The notes under the pieces: generated by a model | What the model saw: only the letters and a program-made list of their open reading frames with translations | The model's database searches: none | Told to the model about the DNA's origin: nothing | Origin: an uncultured delta proteobacterium | GTDB taxonomy: Bacteria; Myxococcota; Myxococcia; Myxococcales; Myxococcaceae | Assembly: GCA_963776345.1 (NCBI GenBank) | Contig: CAVZMH010000007.1 | Location: 32,001 to 96,000, forward strand | Length of the DNA stretch: 64,000 nucleotides | Direction of reading: 5' to 3' | Position numbers and translations under genes: made by a program | Part shown: positions 23,228 through 31,241 of the stretch, piece by piece | How positions within the stretch are numbered: the stretch's first letter is position 1 | Layout: every line of letters begins with the position of its first letter

Positions 23228-24322
23228 TCAGCCGGCGTCGGGACCCTCCGTGGCGGCGCTCCTCTCGGCGGCGAGGAGCGCCCGCTTCCGTTCCGGCCCC
23301 CAGCGGTAGCCGGAGAGGCTCCCGTCGGAGTGCACGACGCGGTGACAGGGGACTGCGAGCGCGACCGGGTTCATGGCGCAGGCCCGCGCCACCGCCCGGG
23401 CCGCCGTCGGATGCCCGACCGAGCGCGCCACCTCGGCGTAGCTCGCGGTGCTCCCGCTGGGGATGGCCCGCAGCGCCTGCCACACCTGGCGCTGGAAGGT
23501 GGTCGCCTGGACGTCGAGCGGCAGCCGCTCGGCGCCGGAGCGCTCCCCCAGCGCGGCGGCCGCGGCGCGGAGCCGGGCATCCGACCCGGGCGTGGCCCGC
23601 TCGAGCTCGGCGGCGGGGAACTCGGAGCGGAGCAGCGCCTCGAGCGCGCCCGCGCTCTCGCCGAAGGCCACCCGGCACATCCCGCGCTCGGTCCGCGCCA
23701 GGAGCAGCGCCCCGAGGGGGGTGTCGAGCACCGTCCAGAGGATGCGCAACCCCGCGCCCCCCTTCCCGTACTGCGCCGGGCTCATCCCCATCTGCTGGCG
23801 CGCCGCCGCGTACGCCCGCCCTGCCGAGCCGTAGCCCGCCTCGAGCCAGGCCTCGGTCACCGGGCGGCCGGCGCGCAGCTCCGCCTTCCAGCGCTCGAGC
23901 CGCGCCGCGGCGACGAACTCCTTGGGCGAGAGGCCGGTGTGCTTCTTGAAAGTCTTCTGGAGGTGCGCCGGGCTGAAGCCGGTCACGCTGGCGAGCGCGT
24001 CCAGCCCCGGGGGAGACTCGAGGTCGGCGACCAGGAGCGCCTTCACCTTCTCCACCAGCGCCTCGGCCGGGCGCTGATCCAGCTCGGGCCGGCAGCGCTT
24101 GCAGGCGCGGTAGCCCTGTCGCTCGGCGGTGGCCGCGTCGGCGAGGAAGCGCACGTTCTTCCGGAGCGGGCGCCGCGCCGGGCAGGTGGGCCGGCAGTAG
24201 ATGCAGGTCGTCTCGACGGCCACGACGAAGCGGCCGTCCGCGCCGGGGTCGCGCCGGACGAACGCCTCCCAGCGGCCGTCCTCGGGGTCGTCGTGCACCA
24301 TCTCCAGAGAATGCAGGTCCAT
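23228..24322 (-). CDS. ada: Bifunctional Ada regulator / O6-methylguanine-DNA methyltransferase
   Basis: Zn-binding CRPTC...CKRC, AraC-type HTH region, active-site PCHRV. The start at 24322 (GAGGA RBS) is inferred. Confidence 0.93.
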   Translation of the reverse strand: MDLHSLEMVHDDPEDGRWEAFVRRDPGADGRFVVAVETTCIYCRPTCPARRPLRKNVRFLADAATAERQGYRACKRCRPELDQRPAEALVEKVKALLVADLESPPGLDALASVTGFSPAHLQKTFKKHTGLSPKEFVAAARLERWKAELRAGRPVTEAWLEAGYGSAGRAYAAARQQMGMSPAQYGKGGAGLRILWTVLDTPLGALLLARTERGMCRVAFGESAGALEALLRSEFPAAELERATPGSDARLRAAAAALGERSGAERLPLDVQATTFQRQVWQALRAIPSGSTASYAEVARSVGHPTAARAVARACAMNPVALAVPCHRVVHSDGSLSGYRWGPERKRALLAAERSAATEGPDAG

Positions 24323-24505
24323 TCGGGTCCTCGCACGTCGTTGATGGCCCTGGAATAGCCCCGGCTGCGCCTCGGCCGCGTGCCGGCTCCTGCGCTGGAT
24401 GTGCGGGAGCGAAGGAGCGGGCCTGGAGGCAGGTAACGAGGTAGGTAACGAGGTGTTTGACACCTCGAAAAGTCGAGTGTTCTCAGTGAGCTTCCGCCCG
24501 GCGGG

Positions 24506-25543
24506 CTACCCGAAGAAGACCCGGGCCACGTCGAAGTACTCGGCCGGAACGCGCTTGAGCGTCCGGGTCGCGTCGGCGAGCGCGACGCTGGTGACCTCGT
24601 TCCCGCGCAGCGCCGCCATCCTCCCGAACTCGCCCCTGGCCACCATGTCGCAGGCGTGGACGCCGAAGCGGGAGGCGAGCACCCGGTCGTGCGCGGTGGG
24701 GGTGCCGCCACGCTGGATGTGGCCCAGCACCGACACCCGCGTCTCGAACCCCGTCCGCCGCTCGAGCTCCTGCGCCACGAACTGGCCCACGCCCCCGAGC
24801 CGCACCCGCCCCGCCTCGTCGAGCGCGCCCGAGGTGACCACGTGCTCCGGCTCGTCGGCGGTGGCGCGGATCTTCGTCCCCTCCGCCACCACCACGATGC
24901 TGAAGCTCGTCCCGCCGGCGTAGCGCCGCTTCAGCTGCTCGGCCACCGCTGCCAGGTCCGCCGGCTCCTCGGGGACCAGGATGACGTCTGCGCCCCCGGC
25001 GATCCCCGCATGGGTGGCGATCCAGCCGACGTGGCGGCCCATCACCTCCACCACGATGACCCGCTTGTGCGACTCGGCGGTGCTGTGCAGCCGGTCGATG
25101 GCCTCGGTGGCGATCGACACCGCGGTGTCGAAGCCGAAGGTGTAGTCCGTGCCGTTGAGGTCGTTGTCGATGGTCTTGGGGATCCCCACCACCGGGAGCC
25201 CGTGCTCGTACAGCCGGGCCGCCGCCGAGAGCGTGCCCTCGCCCCCGATGGCCACCACGGCCTGGATGCCGTGCCTCGCGGCGTTCGCCAGCACCTTCTC
25301 CGCGCCGCCCTCGACCGTGAACGGATTCACCCGGCTCGTCCCGAGGATGGTGCCGCCCCGGTGGAGGATGCCCGCGGTGTTCTCGCGGGTGAGGGTGAAG
25401 ATGCGATCCTCGATGAGGCCCTTCCAGCCGTCGCGGAGACCCACCACCTCGAACTGGTGATTCTGGGCCCGACGGACGACGGCGCGGATGACGGCATTGA
25501 GACCGGGGCAGTCGCCTCCACCGGTCAGCACGGCGATTCGCAT
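24506..25543 (-). CDS. pfkA: 6-phosphofructokinase
   Basis: Motifs TGGGDCPGLN, GGTILGTSR, GGEGT, PKTIDND, EVMGR, LGHIQRGG. Confidence 0.95.
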   Translation of the reverse strand: MRIAVLTGGGDCPGLNAVIRAVVRRAQNHQFEVVGLRDGWKGLIEDRIFTLTRENTAGILHRGGTILGTSRVNPFTVEGGAEKVLANAARHGIQAVVAIGGEGTLSAAARLYEHGLPVVGIPKTIDNDLNGTDYTFGFDTAVSIATEAIDRLHSTAESHKRVIVVEVMGRHVGWIATHAGIAGGADVILVPEEPADLAAVAEQLKRRYAGGTSFSIVVVAEGTKIRATADEPEHVVTSGALDEAGRVRLGGVGQFVAQELERRTGFETRVSVLGHIQRGGTPTAHDRVLASRFGVHACDMVARGEFGRMAALRGNEVTSVALADATRTLKRVPAEYFDVARVFFG

Positions 25544-25597
25544 GGAGTGGGGCGCAGTCTGGCCCGGCCGGCAGCGAGCGCCAAGGGCCTCGCCGAG

Positions 25598-26560
25598 CTA
25601 GCGCGCGGAAGCGGACCCTCGCTCGGCCAGCCCCGGGACGGCCAGCCGGGGAGCGTCCCCGGCGAGGGCGGAGGCGCCGAGCAGCACCGCCGCGAGCCAG
25701 ACCGCGTCCGCGAGCAGCAGGTGGACCAGCTGCATCCACACCGGCGCGAGCAGCACCAGATTGACCATCCCGGCGGTGAGCTGGAGCACCACCAGCGTGG
25801 CCAGGGCGATGGCGGCGCGCCGGATGGGGCGCCCCGGACGCAGCAGGCTCGAGACGGCGGCCGTCGCCAGGAGCAGCGTGCCGACCGCGACCGCCAGGAG
25901 CGGATGGAGCACCCGCAGCCGGAGGAGCACGTGCGCGCCGCCTGCCATGTCCTGCCGGAACCCCTCGGCCAGCGAGCGCGCGGGGAAGAGCGTGTCCCCG
26001 AGCGCGGCGATGGCACCGCTGACGCCCAGCACCAGGAGGCCGAGCAGCGCCGCCGGGACCAGCACGCCGACCGCTCCCTGTTCCCGGAACCGCGGGCTCG
26101 CCGTGCCCCCGGCCCACGCGCCGGTCAGCGCCACCACCGCGAGCAGGAAGAAGGTGTTGACGAGATGCAGGCACATCACCACCGCGCGGGTCAGCGAGTC
26201 GTCGGTCCCGGTGAGCCGCAGGAGCACCAGCGCGGCGCCGATCGCCCCCTCGAGGAGGATGGCGACCACCCCGAGCGCCGCCCCGGCGCGGACCCGGTGC
26301 CGGCGCGGGAAGGCGACGAAGCCCCACGCCGCCCATCCGATGACCGCCAGGGTGACCAGGGCGCTCGAGACCCGATGACTGAACTCGATGAGGGTCTCGA
26401 GGGCCGGAGCGCGGGGCAGCACCTGGCCGTTGCAGACCGGCCAGTGCGCGCCGCAGCCCGCGCCGGACCCGGTGGCCCGCACGAACGCCCCCCACACCAC
26501 CACCGCCAGGAGGAAGGCGACCAGGCCCCAGGTTGCACGCGCGAAGCGGCCGTTCACCAT
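25598..26560 (-). CDS. COX15/CtaA-family heme A synthase-like membrane protein
   Basis: Motifs GAFVRATGSGAGC..WPVCNG and IEFSHR; multiple TMs with conserved His. Confidence 0.85.
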   Translation of the reverse strand: MVNGRFARATWGLVAFLLAVVVWGAFVRATGSGAGCGAHWPVCNGQVLPRAPALETLIEFSHRVSSALVTLAVIGWAAWGFVAFPRRHRVRAGAALGVVAILLEGAIGAALVLLRLTGTDDSLTRAVVMCLHLVNTFFLLAVVALTGAWAGGTASPRFREQGAVGVLVPAALLGLLVLGVSGAIAALGDTLFPARSLAEGFRQDMAGGAHVLLRLRVLHPLLAVAVGTLLLATAAVSSLLRPGRPIRRAAIALATLVVLQLTAGMVNLVLLAPVWMQLVHLLLADAVWLAAVLLGASALAGDAPRLAVPGLAERGSASAR

Positions 26561-26635
26561 GACGACCGCGCTGCTTAGCAGCAGCCGCGGGTTGCTGCCA
26601 TGCTGCCCGGTGCCCGAACACGGGGAGGGAGGCTC

Positions 26636-27103
26636 ATGAGCTTCGAGGTCCGGACAGACAGCCTTCCGGGAACGGCCACCGCGCTGGGGTGGGCGCGAGG
26701 CCATACCGTGGTCATCGACCGCCCGGCGGACGGCGGGGGCCAGGACCTCGGCTTCAACGGCGCCGAGCTCATGCACCTCGCCGTCGCGGCCTGCGTCTCG
26801 AACGACCTGTTCCGCGAGGCGTGGGCGCTCGGCCTCCGGCTCACCCGGGTGGCGGTCACGGCGCGAGGCGAGTTCACCGGCTCACCGCAGGTCTCGTCCG
26901 GAATCGGCTACTCGGTCGAGGTCTGGGGAGACGCCCCGGACGCCGTGCTCCGGGAGCTGGTGTCGCGGGTGGACGCCATTGCCGAGATCCCCAACTCGCT
27001 CCGGCAGGGGACGGTGGTACGGCTCTCGGAGGCGACCGTGCATCGCACCGATGGCGCCCCGGCGGCGGACCCGGCCCCGCGCACCTCGGGGGTCTCCGGG
27101 TGA
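26636..27103 (+). CDS. OsmC/Ohr-like protein with a single Cys
   Basis: Segment DRPADGGGQDLGFNGAELMHLAVAAC; GGAGG RBS; stop overlaps the rtcB start. Confidence 0.8.
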   Translation: MSFEVRTDSLPGTATALGWARGHTVVIDRPADGGGQDLGFNGAELMHLAVAACVSNDLFREAWALGLRLTRVAVTARGEFTGSPQVSSGIGYSVEVWGDAPDAVLRELVSRVDAIAEIPNSLRQGTVVRLSEATVHRTDGAPAADPAPRTSGVSG

Positions 27104-28281
27104 GTCTCGCCCGGCTTCGCGGGGAGACGGTCGACGTCCGGCTCTGGACTCCGGTGGAGCAGGTCGAGTCCCAGGCGCTCACCCAGCTCCGCAACATCGC
27201 CAGCCTCCCCTGGGTCGCTCACGTGGCGGTCATGCCCGACGTGCACTTCGGGAAGGGCGCCACCGTGGGCTCGGTCATCGGGATGCGCGGCGCGGTCTCG
27301 CCCGCGGCCGTCGGCGTGGACATCGGCTGCGGCATGGGCGCGGTGCGGACCAGTCTCACTACGGAGGACCTGCCGGAGAGCCTGCGCGGCATCCGCTCGG
27401 ACCTGGAGGGCGCCATCCCGGTCGGTTTCGCCGCGCACGACGAGGTCGCGAGGCCGGAGGACCCGCGCCTCCGCGCCGAGGTGAAGGAGATGCTCGACGG
27501 CTTCGACGAGCTCGACCGCTCGGTGAAGGACCTGCGCACCCGGGCGGGGAGGCAGCTCGGCACGCTCGGCGGCGGGAACCACTTCATCGAGCTGTGCCTC
27601 GACACCGAGAGCCGCGTCTGGCTGATGCTGCACTCGGGCTCGCGCAACATCGGCAAGACGCTGGCCGAGGTGCACATGGCCCGGGCCCGCAAGCTGAAGC
27701 ACAACCGCGCCCTGGCCGACCCGGACCTGGCGGTGTTCCTGGCCGGCACCGAGGAGATGGCCGCCTACCGCCGGGACCTCGAGTGGGCGCAGCGGTACGC
27801 CATGCTCAACCGACGGCTGATGTTCGACCTCTATGTGCAGGTCGTCCGCCGTCACTTCCCGGAGGTCCGGCTCGACGAGCCGGTGCTCTGTCACCACAAC
27901 TACGTCGCCGAGGAGACGCACCACGGCGAGCAGCTGCTGGTGACGCGGAAAGGCGCCATCTCCGCCAGGGCCGGACAGCTCGGCGTCATCCCCGGCTCGA
28001 TGGGGACGCGGAGCTACATCGTCCGGGGCCTGGGGAACGCCGAGTCGCTGCACTCGGCGTCACACGGCGCGGGGCGAAAGATGTCCCGCGGCGAGGCCAA
28101 GCGTCGGTTCAGCGTGAAGGACCTCGCCGAGCAGACGGCGGGCGTGGAGTGCCGGAAGGATGGCGGGGTGCTCGACGAGATTCCCGGCGCCTACAAGCCC
28201 ATCGAGCAGGTGATGGAGTACCAGAGGGACCTGGTGGAGATCGTCGCCGAGCTGAAGCAGGTGCTCTGCGTGAAGGGCTGA
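27100..28281 (+). CDS. rtcB: RtcB RNA 3'-phosphate/5'-OH ligase
   Basis: Motifs MPDVH, VDIGCG, GGGNHF, HSGSR, HHNY, RKGA, PGSMG, SHGAGR, YK. Confidence 0.95.
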   Translation: MSLARLRGETVDVRLWTPVEQVESQALTQLRNIASLPWVAHVAVMPDVHFGKGATVGSVIGMRGAVSPAAVGVDIGCGMGAVRTSLTTEDLPESLRGIRSDLEGAIPVGFAAHDEVARPEDPRLRAEVKEMLDGFDELDRSVKDLRTRAGRQLGTLGGGNHFIELCLDTESRVWLMLHSGSRNIGKTLAEVHMARARKLKHNRALADPDLAVFLAGTEEMAAYRRDLEWAQRYAMLNRRLMFDLYVQVVRRHFPEVRLDEPVLCHHNYVAEETHHGEQLLVTRKGAISARAGQLGVIPGSMGTRSYIVRGLGNAESLHSASHGAGRKMSRGEAKRRFSVKDLAEQTAGVECRKDGGVLDEIPGAYKPIEQVMEYQRDLVEIVAELKQVLCVKG

Positions 28282-28416
28282 GACGCCGGCAGGTCGCGAG
28301 CACCACGGATGCCCGCTCCGGCGAGGCTCGGGGTGAGGGGCGTCATGGCAGCGAGCCACGCGACCTTCGAGCGGTGTGCTGGAACGTTCCGGGCGCGACC
28401 GGGGGGACCGAGCCCA

Positions 28417-28559
28417 GAGCAATCGTGGACATAGCAACTTCGCATGTCAGAGTCCGCGAGTCTGGACTCCATCGGCACTCCAACCCCTTGAAGCTTCAGG
28501 GTGCGGGTCCGCGGCATCGGGGAGCGGCAACGCCGAAGTTGCTATGTCCACGATTGCTC
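28417..28559. repeat. Inverted-repeat element, copy 2 (perfect 26-bp arms, 91-bp spacer)
   Basis: GAGCAATCGTGGACATAGCAACTTCG at 28417-28442 is the exact reverse complement of CGAAGTTGCTATGTCCACGATTGCTC at 28534-28559. Confidence 0.95.
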
Positions 28560-28733
28560 CGGAGCCGGTCGCCCCCGCGCCGGCCAGGTGGGCCGAGCGC
28601 AGCGTCTCGGTCCCGACAAGGGGACCGAGCGTAGAGTCTCGCTCCCCGGGGCGTGGGGATGTGCCCCCTGAGGACCGCCCTCCCGGAGGCCCCTGGAGGA
28701 GAGACAGGCGGTCGCGGATCGTGGGGCGCGAGG

Positions 28734-29051
28734 ATGGAGCTGACGGCCGAGATGTCTCGACGGATCGAGGAACGCATCGACGCGTTCGTCGCCTCGGAGG
28801 AGTGGCACCCGGACCTCCGGAACCTCGCGGCCCGGCTCCGCGCGCTCCCGCTCTACTCCGACGTCGGAGGGTGCATCGCGCTGCGAGGCGATGGAGAAGT
28901 GATCCTCGTCGACCCGGACTACGATGGGTCAGACTCCCCCGCGAGCAGGAGGTGGGCGCTCGACGGAGGGTGGCCGGAGCGCGTGTTGCGGAGCGGGTGT
29001 CAGCGCCACCCCGAGCTCGTGGACGTCCTCGAGGTGGCGCTGAGGCGCTGA
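28734..29051 (+). CDS. Hypothetical protein
   Basis: Plausible codon usage and globular composition (LPLYSDVGGCIALRGDGEV). Start uncertain. Confidence 0.55.
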   Translation: MELTAEMSRRIEERIDAFVASEEWHPDLRNLAARLRALPLYSDVGGCIALRGDGEVILVDPDYDGSDSPASRRWALDGGWPERVLRSGCQRHPELVDVLEVALRR

Positions 29052-29070
29052 CCCCGCGAGCTCGGAGCTC

Positions 29071-29697
29071 TCAGAACCGCCCGGCGACCATCAGGCCGGC
29101 ATGGCCGTCCGGCCCGAACGTCGGCACGACCGAGACCTTCCCCACGCTGGTGGAGCGTGGCGGGGCCGGAGCCGGGGCGCTCGACAGCTCGTAGCCCAGC
29201 ACCGCACCGGCGAGCATCAGCGGCGGGCCGAACCACATCAGCCGGCTGGCGCTCCCCTGACCGATGGCCAGCGCCGCGCCCGCGCCGAGCGCCTCGCCGA
29301 ACCAGCTCACCCAGGGCGAGCCGCGCGCGTCGAAGTACGCGCCGGTCAGCGGCACCCCCGCGGCGACGGCGAGCCCGAAGCCCGAGAGGAGCCCAGCGGC
29401 GACGGTTCCCTCCGAGCAGGTGTCGTGCACCGACAGCGAGCCGACGCAGCCCAGGTAGCCGCCGAGCGCGCCAGCCAGCGTGCCCGCGGCGCCCGCGACC
29501 AGCACCTCGGAGACCACGCGGACGGTGCGCGACGCCCGCGGCGCCCGTGGCTCGGCGACCGTGCTCACGGTGCTGTCGCCCTCCAGGGTCGGTCCGACGG
29601 CCAGCAGCGGGTGCTCGACCGCCTCGGAGCCCGCGCGCGGGACGTCTCCGGGAGGGGCGGCGAGGAGGATGGCGGTGATGGCGAGCAGGCTGCTCAT
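29071..29697 (-). CDS. Hypothetical membrane/exported Gly-Ala-rich protein
   Basis: Signal-like N-terminus, Gly-zipper hydrophobic segments, C-terminal GLMVAGRF. Confidence 0.65.
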   Translation of the reverse strand: MSSLLAITAILLAAPPGDVPRAGSEAVEHPLLAVGPTLEGDSTVSTVAEPRAPRASRTVRVVSEVLVAGAAGTLAGALGGYLGCVGSLSVHDTCSEGTVAAGLLSGFGLAVAAGVPLTGAYFDARGSPWVSWFGEALGAGAALAIGQGSASRLMWFGPPLMLAGAVLGYELSSAPAPAPPRSTSVGKVSVVPTFGPDGHAGLMVAGRF

Positions 29698-29840
29698 CGC
29701 TCGCGAGCTCCCCGGGGCGGGACTGACGGCCCGTGCGCGCCGGCCCTGCTCTCGCGCAGCCCACCGCATAGCAGACTGCCCCCGTCTCTCACAGCCCTGG
29801 GACACCGGCACAGGGTGTCCCACACCCCGGCGACACCGGG

Positions 29841-30890
29841 TCAGCCGGAGAAGGGAAGCGCCTCGACCCTGGCCTCGCCCGCTCCGGCCGCCAGGGCGAG
29901 CTGGGTGCCGGGCAGGGCGACGTCCCGGTGCGCGTAGCCGAGGCCGATGGCCCCGAAGCGCGGGCTCCGGACGGCCGACGTCACCCAGCCCACCCGGCGG
30001 TCGCCGGCGAACAGCTCGGTCCGCGGCGCCGGCAGCGCGCCTCCGTCCCCCCCGAACCGCAGGCCCACCAGGTGCCGGTTCACGTGCCCACGGAAGGTTG
30101 CGCGGGCGATGACCTCCTGCCCGATGTAGCAGCCCTTCTGGTAGTGGATGGCGCGCTCGAGGTTCGCCTCGAGCGGGATGGTCTTCTCGTCCATGTCCGC
30201 GCCGAACCGAGGGGTCCCTCGCTCCACGCGGAGCACCTCGAGCGCGGCGAACCCCACCGGCGTCGCACCGCCCTCGAGCAGCCGGTCGAACACCGGGCCG
30301 AGCGCGTCGACGGGAACGAGGAGGTCCACCCCGGGCAGGAGCAGGCCCTGGGGCATCGCCCAGGCCGTGGTTCCGCCGGCCTCGAACGGCCGGAGCGCCG
30401 CGCCTGCCGGAGGACCGAGCCCGAGCACCCGGGCCGCCACCGCCTCGGCCTCGGGGCCGACGACCGAGAGCTGGCCGAACGAGGTCGCTTCGGACAGCTC
30501 GGCGTCCTCGCTGATGAGGTACCGCTCGAGCGTGCCGAGCAGCACCGGCCCGTACCCGGGCTCGGTGAGCAGGAGGAGGTCGTCCGGGCGCTTCACCACC
30601 CGTGCGTCGGCGACCATCGCTCCCTTCGCGGTGAGCAGGGCCGCGTCGGCCACCGACCCCGCGGGGAGCCCCTCCACGTCCTGGGTCACCATCCCCTGGA
30701 GGAAGCTCACCCGGTCCGGGCCGGTCAGGCGGACGACCTCGCGGGCCGAGACGTCGACCAGCGCCGCGCCGGTGCGCAGCGCCCGGTCCTCGTCGTGGCC
30801 AGGGGTGCGCTCGACCACCTCCCGGCCCTTCAGCTCGCCGAGGGTGGCGCCGAGGGCGACATGCCGGTCGTGGAGGGGAAGCAGAACCAT
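29841..30890 (-). CDS. YgfZ/GcvT-family folate-binding protein
   Basis: Motifs GPDRVSFLQGMVTQD and the YgfZ signature KGCYIGQE. Confidence 0.9.
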   Translation of the reverse strand: MVLLPLHDRHVALGATLGELKGREVVERTPGHDEDRALRTGAALVDVSAREVVRLTGPDRVSFLQGMVTQDVEGLPAGSVADAALLTAKGAMVADARVVKRPDDLLLLTEPGYGPVLLGTLERYLISEDAELSEATSFGQLSVVGPEAEAVAARVLGLGPPAGAALRPFEAGGTTAWAMPQGLLLPGVDLLVPVDALGPVFDRLLEGGATPVGFAALEVLRVERGTPRFGADMDEKTIPLEANLERAIHYQKGCYIGQEVIARATFRGHVNRHLVGLRFGGDGGALPAPRTELFAGDRRVGWVTSAVRSPRFGAIGLGYAHRDVALPGTQLALAAGAGEARVEALPFSG

Positions 30891-30914
30891 GGACCGCAGC
30901 TATATAAGGGTCCC

Positions 30915-31241
30915 GTGAAGGTCCAGCACCTCCCCGACATCCGCGGCTTCTCGGACGCGAAGCTCCAGAAGCACAACCTCTTCACCACCCCGCGCTTCTT
31001 CCTCGACGTCTACTGCCTCCGCCCGGGCCAGGCCCAGATGCCCCATGCCCACGCCGGGTCGGACAAGGTGTACCTGGTCCTCGAGGGTCGTCCCACGGTC
31101 GAGCTCGACGGCGAGAGCCGGGAACTGCGCGAGGGGGATGCGGTGTTGTGCCCCGCGGGCTCCTCGCATGGTGTGCGGAACGGCGGGGCGACCGACGCGC
31201 GGGTGCTGGTGCTGATGACCCCGCTCCCGGAGAGGACATGA
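30915..31241 (+). CDS. Cupin domain protein
   Basis: Motifs PGQAQMPHAH..DKVYLVLEG and PAGSSHGVRN. Confidence 0.85.
   Translation: MKVQHLPDIRGFSDAKLQKHNLFTTPRFFLDVYCLRPGQAQMPHAHAGSDKVYLVLEGRPTVELDGESRELREGDAVLCPAGSSHGVRNGGATDARVLVLMTPLPERT

Noticed and set aside
28282..28733. tRNA, Y RNA or retron ncRNA downstream of rtcB
   Set aside because: No cloverleaf or T-loop motif is recognisable, no Ro60 or reverse transcriptase gene is in the window, and the arm motif recurs elsewhere, which favours a dispersed repeat.
29798..29822. 9-bp hairpin TGGGACACC/GGTGTCCCA
   Set aside because: Probably an ordinary terminator-like stem after the ygfZ-like gene; there is no U-tract and no second copy.
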